Virus record (IMG/VR): IMGVR_UViG_3300027991_000080
Location: 12,741 to 76,740 of that record
DNA length: 64,000 nucleotides
DNA from: a virus
Taxonomy: Duplodnaviria > Caudoviricetes
Direction: 5' to 3' (one strand)
Each line of letters opens with the position of its first letter. Position 1 is the first letter of the stretch. The notes beneath the pieces are model-generated. The model was not told the DNA's origin and ran no database searches. It worked only from the letters and a program-made list of their open reading frames with translations. Of this stretch, positions 18,673 through 27,376 are shown piece by piece. The position numbers and the translations under genes are program-made.

Positions 18673-18897
18673 ATGTCTCCGTCGCCTCTCAGTGAAACTT
18701 GCCTGTGCGGAGGTTCGTCGTGGCACTCGATGCTGAACGGCATAATCTGGTGCCGCAGGTGCGGGTGCGCGAAACTCGGATTCGAGAAATACTGGAAAGT
18801 ACCACTCGATCGAGCGAGGGACATGTCCTCTGCGGTAGTCGCGCCGGATGACGGGGAACCGGCAACGATCCCGGACACAGGGAAGCCTGAGCCTTAG
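18673..18897 (+). CDS. Small Zn-ribbon protein
   Basis: CLCG...WCRRCG. Confidence 0.5.
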   Translation: MSPSPLSETCLCGGSSWHSMLNGIIWCRRCGCAKLGFEKYWKVPLDRARDMSSAVVAPDDGEPATIPDTGKPEP

Positions 18898-19709
18898 GAA
18901 GCTGGCGGTATCTCCGGTTTTCCGCGCGCAACGACGTGTCGGAAGTGCCGGTACGTCCCCTTTTCGTCATACTCCCCGAGCCCTAGCTCAACGAGCATTG
19001 CGGAGAGCGCTTTCGCCTCCGGACCGTGATCCTTGTACCCGTACCAGACGATGCCGTACGGATAGACGCGAACCATCTGCGCATTTAGGCGCTTGGCTTG
19101 CAGAGCTCGATCGGGGCTCTTCGGCATCTGTGCAAGCACGGCTATCTGTCGCTCGAACTCTTTGAATTGTGCATAGGCTGCGGCAGAGCGCGCGTCAGCC
19201 TTGGCTTGTTTCGCAGCGCGCTTCGCGTCTCGCTCGAGTTTCGCCGCTGCACGCTCCTCTCGACGAGTAGCTTGCTCGCGACGCATCTCGGGAGTACGCC
19301 CCTCCTCGTCGATCTCGATCAACTCCCCCGGTGCCCATTGCTCGATGAGTTTCGTCATTCTCCGGTCGGAGAAGTCGATCTGAGCGATCTGGCTCTTCGC
19401 GGCGTTGATTGCGACCTGCAGCGCTTTTTCGTACTTGTCTTGCTCGATCGGGTCGCTCGAGTCGCGCCGGTAGGTTGTGTATGTCCTGTTGATCCTTGAG
19501 TACCCGTCGATCTGCTCCGGACGCTCTTCGTATTTTCGAATCGATTCTTCGTATCCGGAACGCCACAGAGCGAGCTGATCTCGATACGCGGAGCACCCGG
19601 AGCTGGATTGCTCGTACGGCGGATATCCAACTCCGAAGCAATCACCGACGACGTTTCCCGTGCCGGGTCTCTTGTAGCCGTGGAGCACCATCCGCCCGTT
19701 GGGGTTCAC
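18894..19709 (-). CDS. Cys-motif/coiled-coil protein; probably the -1 frame extension of 19757..22609
   Basis: Frame stays open ~140 nt upstream of the GTG (FVGTCPVCEGHFKVNPNG...HGYKRPG...GDCFG) with no start codon there. Confidence 0.7.
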   Translation of the reverse strand: MNPNGRMVLHGYKRPGTGNVVGDCFGVGYPPYEQSSSGCSAYRDQLALWRSGYEESIRKYEERPEQIDGYSRINRTYTTYRRDSSDPIEQDKYEKALQVAINAAKSQIAQIDFSDRRMTKLIEQWAPGELIEIDEEGRTPEMRREQATRREERAAAKLERDAKRAAKQAKADARSAAAYAQFKEFERQIAVLAQMPKSPDRALQAKRLNAQMVRVYPYGIVWYGYKDHGPEAKALSAMLVELGLGEYDEKGTYRHFRHVVARGKPEIPPAS

Positions 19710-19756
19710 CTTGAAGTGACCCTCGCAGACCGGACACGTTCCGACGAAGCGGGTCG

Positions 19757-22609
19757 TTACTTCTTGGACTTCTTCTTCGAGCGCGTACGGCGCTGAGTCG
19801 GGCGCCGCACCGCCTTCTTCGTGCGACGCCGGGGGGCTTTTGGGGATGATCTAACGCGACCTCGCGACGGTTTCCGTGACGCCATCTCCGCGTCAACTTT
19901 CTCTTGAGCCTCGTGAACTATCTCACCGATCTGGTGAGCGTACCTTATGAAGTGCCCAAACTGAGATCGGGTGCCGTACGCAGCGCGCTGAAGCTCTGTC
20001 CACGTCTTTTGGTACGCTTTCTTAGGCGGTGTACCGTTTTCTCTGTGACGTCTGTAGTGAGCGATAGCGAACTCGAGCGCTTGCGCTCGCGCTTCGGGCG
20101 GAACAGGCTCAACTCCGTATTGGTCTCCTTCTTCCCGGACGGAGCCGCCGCTCAGTTTTCTGATGGCAACTCGGTACCGATTGAGCGCTCCGGCTCCCTT
20201 GTCGGTGAGCACGAAATAGTCACCGAACGATGAGAGCCCCTCTGTCTTCCGCTTGAGGACGATGTAACCGTTTTCTCTGAGTGCCGAGTACGCCCTGTCG
20301 TAGACGACGGAGTCTCCCTGCATCGGCACTTTTGCTCCGCCGGCGTGCTCTCCCATTCCGTACAGGAGTACGTTGAGCATGGTCGGCGTGATGCCATCTC
20401 GAGCCAGTTCTGGTGGCACCCAGGTGTCGCTGCCGCTGCGAGACCCCTCACGGAAGAGCGGGTACGACGACGGCGCCGGTGGAGCTCCTCTTCGATGCTT
20501 CGGCACGAACTTCACATGGCCACCTGGAGGCACGTGCGAATCGGCTTGGTGTCGGTGAGGGAAGGGGCCCGCGGCGCGACGGTCGTTGCGGTCGACGGCG
20601 ATGTAGTCCTCGCGGGCCTCGCTGGTGCTCTGCGAATCCCACACGAGCTCCCCGTCGCGCGTGATGACTTGAACGTAGTCGCCCTCGAACGTGGGATCTC
20701 GGAGCAGTTTTTTTGCCTCTCTCACCGCCACATCTTCGTCGTCGAATCCGAATGACTCGCCGCCTCCGCCACCGAGACCGCCGACGATCGTGCCGTCGCT
20801 CCAGAGTGGTTGGATGATGTAGAACGGGTCCTCTACAGGTTCGTGTCGCGCCTCGCTCATTCCTTCTTCGTTTCTGCACTGCGACTGCGCTTCGTACAGA
20901 CCGTCGAATTGCGTCACGAGCTCTCTTGGGGCTTTCAACACAGCGCGACAGTATGCGCGCATCTCACGATCGTCACCGATCACATCTCCGAGGCCACCCG
21001 AGAGCGCGGTGCCTGGAGTCGTACCGGATCCGGTGGCTCGTTCGCGGTAGAACGCATGCCAAATCCGCGGCGCCTGACGGAGAAAGCATATCTGCTCTCC
21101 GGGAGTTTCCCCTTGAACGGCACTCATCTTGTAGGCCACGAGCCATCCGTCGCCAACGTCTTGAGAGATAGTCCAGCCCGACATCCAGCGCAGGAAGTCG
21201 TAAGCTGCGGCGCTCTTCCTTCCTCGTCTGCCGGTGCGTGCCTCCGCCGCATGTCTCCGTCCTTCGATCGGTTTTGCTCCGTTCGGGATCCGTTTTACGC
21301 CTTCGCGTGATCCAGGCCCCTCGGCATGCCAGTACCCGCCCTTGCGCCAGGTGCGCGCTTCTTCGTACGGATACTCGCCGCCGCGGGGAAAGTAGATCCA
21401 CGCCTGAGTCTTGTCGCCGTTGAAAACAACGTGCGTCGCTCCCAGCTCGCGGCCCGCGTGCGCCACGAGATCTTCGAGCGTGTTGAAGTCGGCGACCACC
21501 CTAGACTCGCTGGCGAAGTTCGGCTCGTTCGACGCTCTCAGCCCAGCCTCGATCCCGGCGCTGGTCGGCTCCCATCCTTTTCGACCGTAGGCCACGAAAC
21601 CGTTGTCGGCGAGATTTTGAAGCGCTCCGTCTCGGTAGGCGTCTCCGTTGTTCCAGGATGCGATCATCCAGTCTTCGATGCCGCCGCCCTCTCGAACACC
21701 CTTCGCCTGACGCCCTCCCAGCGTCACCGTGTGGCCAGAGGCGTCGATCGGGTACTGCTCTCCGCGACGAGCTTGGATCGTGGCTGCGTGTTGCTCGATC
21801 TCTTTTCGGAGCGACGCGGGGCAGTCAGGATAGAACTTGAGCGTGAGCGTGTCGAAGTCCAGGAAAGCGCACTTCGCGTAGTCTCCGTGCTTTTCGCGCT
21901 TCCTGTCGGCGTACGAGATGCCGGTCGAGTACACGCCGATAAACAGACGGTCGTTCGTGTGGTTTTGCGATTCGCTCAGATTCCCGCCTGCGTACCTACC
22001 CGTTCCAGCGAACGTCCACGTCGATCCGTCGCTCGACTTCCACAGCTCGTGCCAGGTGGTGTCGCCGCTTCTCTTCGTGTCGCTGATTCGAACTTGCGCA
22101 TCCTTTGACTGCGGTCGGTGACGCTGCATGAAGCCGTTCGCGAACGCCTGCGCTTCGCCGTGCGTCCAGAAGACGGCTTTTTCTTTTCCCCCGACATGAC
22201 CCGGCATCATGTCTTTTGTTTTCCAGTAGCCATCCCAACCGAAGACTTCAAACAGATCGTTCTTGTAGCGAACGGGAGTGCCGGCGCGCTTCTTTCGCGC
22301 CTCGCTAAGATCCGTCTCGTCTCCGTGAATCCCCGCATCGTCGAGCGACATCTGAAGCGCATCGCGGATCGTGTAGAGCTCGTCGATCTCCTTCTTGGAA
22401 AAGGTTCCCTTGCCGAGTTGGAACTTGTTTCGACCCACCTTCTTCACGCGCGAGATCTCGGAGTTCAGATTGCTGATGGCATCCTGAAACACTTCCGCCT
22501 CGTGCTGTCCACCCATCGAGTAGATAGCGTAGAGCGGGTCTCCTTGGCTGCTCCACCATCCCTGCATAAGGTTGAGCGCATCGTCGTCGTACAGTGTGAC
22601 CTGGGTCAT
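19757..22609 (-). CDS. Large modular (polyvalent/polyprotein-like) protein with basic C-terminal tail, 950 aa
   Basis: Start MTQVTLY at 22609 (TAATG overlap); short domains joined by recurring x-[SRA]-E-[AGSE] linkers; Arg/Lys-rich end. Confidence 0.85.
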   Translation of the reverse strand: MTQVTLYDDDALNLMQGWWSSQGDPLYAIYSMGGQHEAEVFQDAISNLNSEISRVKKVGRNKFQLGKGTFSKKEIDELYTIRDALQMSLDDAGIHGDETDLSEARKKRAGTPVRYKNDLFEVFGWDGYWKTKDMMPGHVGGKEKAVFWTHGEAQAFANGFMQRHRPQSKDAQVRISDTKRSGDTTWHELWKSSDGSTWTFAGTGRYAGGNLSESQNHTNDRLFIGVYSTGISYADRKREKHGDYAKCAFLDFDTLTLKFYPDCPASLRKEIEQHAATIQARRGEQYPIDASGHTVTLGGRQAKGVREGGGIEDWMIASWNNGDAYRDGALQNLADNGFVAYGRKGWEPTSAGIEAGLRASNEPNFASESRVVADFNTLEDLVAHAGRELGATHVVFNGDKTQAWIYFPRGGEYPYEEARTWRKGGYWHAEGPGSREGVKRIPNGAKPIEGRRHAAEARTGRRGRKSAAAYDFLRWMSGWTISQDVGDGWLVAYKMSAVQGETPGEQICFLRQAPRIWHAFYRERATGSGTTPGTALSGGLGDVIGDDREMRAYCRAVLKAPRELVTQFDGLYEAQSQCRNEEGMSEARHEPVEDPFYIIQPLWSDGTIVGGLGGGGGESFGFDDEDVAVREAKKLLRDPTFEGDYVQVITRDGELVWDSQSTSEAREDYIAVDRNDRRAAGPFPHRHQADSHVPPGGHVKFVPKHRRGAPPAPSSYPLFREGSRSGSDTWVPPELARDGITPTMLNVLLYGMGEHAGGAKVPMQGDSVVYDRAYSALRENGYIVLKRKTEGLSSFGDYFVLTDKGAGALNRYRVAIRKLSGGSVREEGDQYGVEPVPPEARAQALEFAIAHYRRHRENGTPPKKAYQKTWTELQRAAYGTRSQFGHFIRYAHQIGEIVHEAQEKVDAEMASRKPSRGRVRSSPKAPRRRTKKAVRRPTQRRTRSKKKSKK
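19801..19844 (-). promoter_or_regulatory. Candidate -1 programmed ribosomal frameshift signal
   Basis: C CCA AAA in frame (19844-19838), 7-nt spacer, 10-bp stem GGCGUCGCAC/GUGCGGCGCC with 10-nt loop. Confidence 0.65.
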
Positions 22610-23214
22610 TATCTTCGGTTCCTTCGCGAGTGCCCCATGTGCTGCTCGTAGATGCTCTCCGGCGTGTCTCCGGATCGATTCAACAGATTCACGACGAGAT
22701 GCGTGAATCCGTCCGCTTCGACTGGGCTCGTGTTCCCCTCTTTGGCGATGTGAGCGAACGGTTGTCCGTTGAAGCAGATTTGTCTTCCAGCTTCTACGGT
22801 CCACCCGTGCGCTGAGCTCTCTGACATTTCGCGCGCTCCGATTCGGGTGTCGACGTGATCGTACTCCCCGTTCTTCACGGAGTTGCGAAAGCTAGCCTCG
22901 AGCTGCCCCGCGGCCTCGCGCCTGGTCGCAGGAGTGAACATCGTGCTCCACTCGCGAGGAGACGAGCTAAACTCTTTCGCGTAACGCTTTGCGCCTGACT
23001 CGACCAGGTACCCGAACAGGGTAACCGCGCGAGCCGGATCGTACGTGCCCTTGCGCCACTTGCGCAAAGCGTTCAGGAGGACGCTCCGGCCTTGCCCGCT
23101 CGGTCCGTCTGGGGATAGGTCGGAAGTGTTTTCGATGAACATCACGAGCTCTTGTGCTGCGTGTTCATCCGCGGGGGCGCCGCGACCTGCGTGCATGCTG
23201 CGTCTGATTGCCAT
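22609..23214 (-). CDS. Hypothetical helical protein
   Basis: 201 aa; abuts both neighbours. Confidence 0.8.
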   Translation of the reverse strand: MAIRRSMHAGRGAPADEHAAQELVMFIENTSDLSPDGPSGQGRSVLLNALRKWRKGTYDPARAVTLFGYLVESGAKRYAKEFSSSPREWSTMFTPATRREAAGQLEASFRNSVKNGEYDHVDTRIGAREMSESSAHGWTVEAGRQICFNGQPFAHIAKEGNTSPVEADGFTHLVVNLLNRSGDTPESIYEQHMGHSRRNRR

Positions 23215-24117
23215 TTACTCGTCCTCCTCTTCGTCTTCGTCTTCATCATCTTCTTCGTCTTCCTCCTCGTCGTCCTCGCCGAGTATCTCTCGACGGAACT
23301 CATCGTCCTCGTCTTCGAGATATTCGGATCCGGCGATTTTGCCCGAGGCCCACTTCACCTCGTCGTGGATGATGTCTTTGGACCAGCCGGCGGGGCCTTC
23401 ATCTACGGCGTATCCGTAGTCGAGCAACCCGCACGCGATCGCAAGCGCTCGCTGCTTCGGTTTCAGATCTTCAAGGTCGCTCGTGCTCATACCGATAAAG
23501 CTCAAGGCTTTCCGGACTTCGTCCTTGCTTGGCTGGAGATCTTCCGCGTCGTAGCTCGCCTCGCGAGTCCAAAATGGGAACCCAACATCAGCCGCCTCGT
23601 CGTCGCCAACGTACTCACGCACCGGTTGAATCTTGAGCAGCTCGAGTGTGTCTCCGTCGCTCCGGGCGATGGTGCCGCCGTACTTATCTGGGCTCATGTC
23701 GCCGTCTACCTGCTCCCACATCGGCATGTTCGGGATCGAGATCTCGATTTTTTCCGGAATGTCCTCGTGTCCTGGAAGGCTTGGTTGTCGACGGCTCGCC
23801 ACTCGTCGTGGGGCACTTTCTTCGAACCCATCGTCTTCGTCTCCCCCCGTCGCCTTCTGCTCTCGCGCCTGCTCAATCAGATCTCGAGCGATGTCCTTCG
23901 AGTCGAATCGCCTGTTATCGCCTGGTACGCTCGAGGAACCCCAGTACCCTCTGTGATCTTGGTCGTAGTCCGACGAGCCCCAGTTCACTGTCCAGTTTCC
24001 GTCTGTGTGAACTTGCAACCGGACGTCGATTCCGCCGTCGTCGCCATCATCACTCGATTGTTGCTTGTTGATACTGCGGAGCTCGGCCGCAACGTCAGCG
24101 ATGCTTGGGAAGCGCAT
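23215..24117 (-). CDS. Highly acidic protein with poly-D/E tail
   Basis: Start MRFPSI at 24117; ends GEDDEEEDEEDDEDEDEEEDE. Confidence 0.8.
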   Translation of the reverse strand: MRFPSIADVAAELRSINKQQSSDDGDDGGIDVRLQVHTDGNWTVNWGSSDYDQDHRGYWGSSSVPGDNRRFDSKDIARDLIEQAREQKATGGDEDDGFEESAPRRVASRRQPSLPGHEDIPEKIEISIPNMPMWEQVDGDMSPDKYGGTIARSDGDTLELLKIQPVREYVGDDEAADVGFPFWTREASYDAEDLQPSKDEVRKALSFIGMSTSDLEDLKPKQRALAIACGLLDYGYAVDEGPAGWSKDIIHDEVKWASGKIAGSEYLEDEDDEFRREILGEDDEEEDEEDDEDEDEEEDE

Positions 24118-24286
24118 TGTGTCCTCTGTTTGCAGGGGTTCGAATTCTTGAAGACTATCGCAGAACACGCGCGTGAGGCAGAGCGCCTCGCGTCCAGGCT
24201 GCGACGGTTATTCTAGTATGGCTGAAAAATGGATTTTGGGGAAGGGGGTGGGCGAGGGGCGCGTAGATGGTGTATACAAGGTAAAC

Positions 24287-24577
24287 ATGAACAAGCTTCC
24301 CAAAAAGTGTCCAAAATGCGAACGGGAGCTTCGTCTCGCGCACGGCATGAACGGAACGCTGATCTGCGTGTCGTGCTCCACTTTTTGGGCGGAGCGATGG
24401 GGTAGACCGTACGGCGGCGAGCGCAACATGCTCACCGGCGATGGGCGCCGACTCACGCTGCGCCGTCGCGGACAACGCTGCCGGTGGTACGACGGCGCGC
24501 GACAGGTCGGACCGGAGCTCGCAAACGTTGCGCCGGCGCTCGCCTACGCCGAGGCGCAGGGGTGGCGGAGCTCATGA
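24287..24577 (+). CDS. Zn-ribbon protein
   Basis: MNKLPKKCPKC...CVSC; start chosen at 24287. Confidence 0.55.
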   Translation: MNKLPKKCPKCERELRLAHGMNGTLICVSCSTFWAERWGRPYGGERNMLTGDGRRLTLRRRGQRCRWYDGARQVGPELANVAPALAYAEAQGWRSS

Positions 24578-24834
24578 ACCTCCAAGACCTGAAGCTGCTT
24601 GTCGACGTCGCCTATCACGAGCGCGACGGACAGCAGGGATTCACCGTCGGACAGGGGTTCAAGGCTGCACGTGAGCGGCTGATCGCTGGCAGTCTTCTCA
24701 TTCGTAACCCTTCGCAGCCGAAAGAGACGGCTCAGGTCACCATGACGAATTCCGGGTTCGCATTGCTGAATCGTCTAGTCGATCGCCTGGAGTCGGGAGC
24801 GATCGTCGCGGCGATCGGAGATTTTATGCGATGA
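24574..24834 (+). CDS. Hypothetical (possibly winged-helix-like) protein
   Basis: ATGA coupling; start 24574. Confidence 0.55.
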   Translation: MNLQDLKLLVDVAYHERDGQQGFTVGQGFKAARERLIAGSLLIRNPSQPKETAQVTMTNSGFALLNRLVDRLESGAIVAAIGDFMR

Positions 24835-25034
24835 CGGACGCTCTATTGGCAGAGCTCGCTCATCTCTTCTCGATCGAAGCGTTTGAAGCAGATAGGCGCC
24901 CTGATCCGGAAGAGGCGGATCGATTGTGGGATATCGCGGACGAGCTGCACGAGATGTGTCTCGATGCAGATAAGGAATGGATCGATGAAAACTTTGGGCC
25001 AGATCGCCTACGAGGCGTTCACATCAGGACGTGA
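24831..25034 (+). CDS. Hypothetical acidic protein
   Basis: ATGA coupling. Confidence 0.45.
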   Translation: MTDALLAELAHLFSIEAFEADRRPDPEEADRLWDIADELHEMCLDADKEWIDENFGPDRLRGVHIRT

Positions 25035-25125
25035 TCTTCATTCTCCGCTTGTGCCATGGGAAAAACTCCCAGAGACAGCCAAAAGGCGCTGGGAGCGCGT
25101 AGCGCAGGCAGTCAAGAAGGCCTGA
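24985..25125 (+). CDS. Small hypothetical protein
   Basis: MKTLGQIAYEAF...W..L...W..VAQAV, a pattern I recall from small phage proteins. Confidence 0.5.
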   Translation: MKTLGQIAYEAFTSGRDLHSPLVPWEKLPETAKRRWERVAQAVKKA

Positions 25126-25126
25126 G

Positions 25127-25333
25127 ATGCCTCGCGGCAATAGAGCCAAAACGCCCGGTGTTCTCGATCTGGTGACTCTGGTCGAAAAAGTTGGAGGAAC
25201 CGTTTCAGAGGGAACGGCTCTCGAGCTCTGTAAACGGTTGCGAGCCGCGGAGCTCACGATCCGGGCGCAGCGGGAAGTAATCGAGGAGCACGCGCGTACG
25301 ATCGCTAGTCTCCAAGAAAGGAAACAGAAATGA
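25127..25333 (+). CDS. Small coiled-coil protein
   Basis: Coupled to neighbours. Confidence 0.55.
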   Translation: MPRGNRAKTPGVLDLVTLVEKVGGTVSEGTALELCKRLRAAELTIRAQREVIEEHARTIASLQERKQK

Positions 25334-25959
25334 TCAATCCGAGATGGTACTGGTTGTTTAGTGCGATTGTAATCATTGTATCCGGTTGCGGTGGGAGCGA
25401 TTTTTCTTTCACCGAGAGCCCTGTGGTCGACTACGACTCAGGTCATCCGTCGACAATGCCGGTCGATGACGCGGGCGCGGTGCCTCCAGACGTCGCTCCA
25501 GAGACGTCAGACGCGGGCGCCGGAGGCGCACCCGGTACCGGAGGCAGGACGGCCACAGGAGGCACTACGGGGCACGCTGGAACCGTTTCTGCCGGCGGGA
25601 AGACTGCGACCGGCGGCTCGAGTGGAGGTGTCACGGCGACCGGAGGAGCGCAGGGCACCGGCGGTCATCCGTCGGAGGATGCCTGTGTTCCTGTGACGCA
25701 CACCAATGGCGTCGGGCAGACATGGCGCGACTGCGTACCGGTGGGCACCTACGACGAAACGCAGGCAATGAAAGCGTGCCTTGCGCGCACCGGCGACCGG
25801 CGGAGGTGTAGCCTCGCGCCTGGGTGCGGGAGCGCCGCACAAGTCGTTCAAGGTACGGGCGAGGGATACAATCTGCTCTGGGGGTTCGACGGAAACACGG
25901 CCGGTTTCGTCGGGATCGACGGCGCCTGTCCGAGCGGACACAGCGGGGCGTGGCAATGA
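25330..25959 (+). CDS. Lipoprotein with Gly/Thr-rich linker and Cys-rich C-domain
   Basis: Signal ending VSG-C (lipobox-like); TGGRTATGGTTG... linker; disulfide-like Cys spacing. Confidence 0.8.
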   Translation: MINPRWYWLFSAIVIIVSGCGGSDFSFTESPVVDYDSGHPSTMPVDDAGAVPPDVAPETSDAGAGGAPGTGGRTATGGTTGHAGTVSAGGKTATGGSSGGVTATGGAQGTGGHPSEDACVPVTHTNGVGQTWRDCVPVGTYDETQAMKACLARTGDRRRCSLAPGCGSAAQVVQGTGEGYNLLWGFDGNTAGFVGIDGACPSGHSGAWQ

Positions 25960-26210
25960 AGTACACAATCGTGAATTACCTGCTCTGCGCGCTCGGGCTC
26001 ACGCTCGGCTGGCTAGCTCTGCAGCGAAATGCTCGCGCCGACGCTCAGGACGGTCTCTATGCGGAGAAGTCGACCGCGCTCGACGGGGTTGTTGTTCGCC
26101 GCATCCGCGATCCCCACAACGACGTTGTTTGCTACGTCGCTATCGGCAACGGTAGGGGATACGCCAACCAACCGATGGTTTTCCCTGCAATTTCCTGCGT
26201 GCGCCAATGA
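25956..26210 (+). CDS. Small exported protein
   Basis: N-terminal hydrophobic helix; DVVCYV...ISCV. Confidence 0.65.
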   Translation: MKYTIVNYLLCALGLTLGWLALQRNARADAQDGLYAEKSTALDGVVVRRIRDPHNDVVCYVAIGNGRGYANQPMVFPAISCVRQ

Positions 26211-26353
26211 CCTGGGAAGACGTAGCCCAGCTTCTTCTCGATGATTTCGATGTCGCCTCGGCGTTCAAGACGGAGGAACTGAAGGCCGCCCTTGCGAAAA
26301 GACTCGAGGAATTGGCGGTGATAGGCGTGATCGATGGGCCTTACGGGTCCTGA
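26207..26353 (+). CDS. Small hypothetical protein (48 aa, not in ORF track)
   Basis: ATGA overlap; MTWEDVAQLLLDDF...GPYGS*. Confidence 0.45.
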   Translation: MTWEDVAQLLLDDFDVASAFKTEELKAALAKRLEELAVIGVIDGPYGS

Positions 26354-26355
26354 AA

Positions 26356-26371
26356 CGTTTCACGTGAAACA
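26356..26371. other. parS: parS-like centromere palindrome
   Basis: CGTTTCACGTGAAACA, one mismatch from chromosomal consensus TGTTTCACGTGAAACA; intergenic. Confidence 0.75.
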
Positions 26372-26388
26372 CGAGTTACAATGATCCC

Positions 26389-27147
26389 ATGCTCCCCTCG
26401 ATTGGCTACGGAGTAGATGTCTCGGCGTACCAAGATCCGGCCACACTGCCTTGGAAAGCCTTCGAGTCCGGGCTCAAGTTCGCGATCTGTCGAGCTGCCT
26501 ACGGAGCCGAACTTCGGGATGCGCGAGTTCAGGAGCACGCCCGGCGTTTTCGAGATCTTGCTGTCAACCTCGGTCTCTATCTCTTCTTCCGAAATATTCA
26601 CAACGTACGGAAGCAGTTTGATCTCCTCTGCTCCGTCGCTGACGCCGTCCGGCTCGGAGAAGGCGACATCTACCCGGCGATCGATATCGAAGCAGACACG
26701 TTCCCGAAAAGGCGCCTGGTGACGCCCGACTGGTCAGGTCCAGCAGAGGAGCTCACGAACATGATCGTCGAGCGCTGGGGAAATTGCCTGGTGTACATCA
26801 CGCGCGCGGAGTGGCGAGCCATGGGGTCGCCGACATGGGTTCTCGAGCGCCCGCTGTGGGTCGCGAACTACACGAACGCGCCGGCGCCGTACGTGCCTGG
26901 TGATTTGGTGCCGACCATCTGGCAACACCGCGTGGCGCCGTTCGAGCTCAACGGTGGAGGCGGATACAACAAGGCGGCGCCGCTCCTCGATCAGAATCGA
27001 CTGATTCAACCGCTGCCGATCATCGGTCTCGATCGCACCGAGGTCGGCAACGCTTACAAGGAGCGCCTACAGGGACTCATCGCGTTGACAGCTGCGCAGG
27101 CGTTGCATCCGGATGAGGCGCCGCAGGATAGGATGAGGGCAGCGTAG
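26389..27147 (+). CDS. GH25 lysozyme (endolysin)
   Basis: GVDVSAYQ, FAICRAAYG, GLYLFF, PAIDIE, LWVANY, IWQH. Confidence 0.92.
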   Translation: MLPSIGYGVDVSAYQDPATLPWKAFESGLKFAICRAAYGAELRDARVQEHARRFRDLAVNLGLYLFFRNIHNVRKQFDLLCSVADAVRLGEGDIYPAIDIEADTFPKRRLVTPDWSGPAEELTNMIVERWGNCLVYITRAEWRAMGSPTWVLERPLWVANYTNAPAPYVPGDLVPTIWQHRVAPFELNGGGGYNKAAPLLDQNRLIQPLPIIGLDRTEVGNAYKERLQGLIALTAAQALHPDEAPQDRMRAA

Positions 27148-27159
27148 CGTCTTGCCCCG

Positions 27160-27357
27160 TTGACCGTGCCGTCCTCGAGCGGCGACGCTTGGAGCCATGA
27201 TAACGATTATCTCATTGCCGTCCTAGGGGCTCTCCTGTACGCGCTTGCGGCGAATCCGAAGCTCGCGGAACTCGGGAGGATCATGTTTTTTTGCGGGCTG
27301 CTCTGGACCGTCTACATGCTAGCCGGTGCGACATTCGCCGTTGGTAGAATCCGATAG
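27160..27357 (+). CDS. Small two-TM membrane protein (holin candidate); start ambiguous
   Basis: LIAVLGALLYALA and IMFFCGLLWTVYMLA helices next to the endolysin. Confidence 0.55.
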   Translation: MTVPSSSGDAWSHDNDYLIAVLGALLYALAANPKLAELGRIMFFCGLLWTVYMLAGATFAVGRIR

Positions 27358-27376
27358 CTGCGGTATTCTGAGGTCC

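Noticed and set aside
22610-22804. Track start at 22804 for the 1015-aa ORF
   Set aside because: The extension overlaps the upstream gene; a TAATG stop-start junction at 22609 fits better
23045-23419. Poly-Ser ORF on the plus strand
   Set aside because: Antisense of the poly-Asp/Glu tail of 23215..24117
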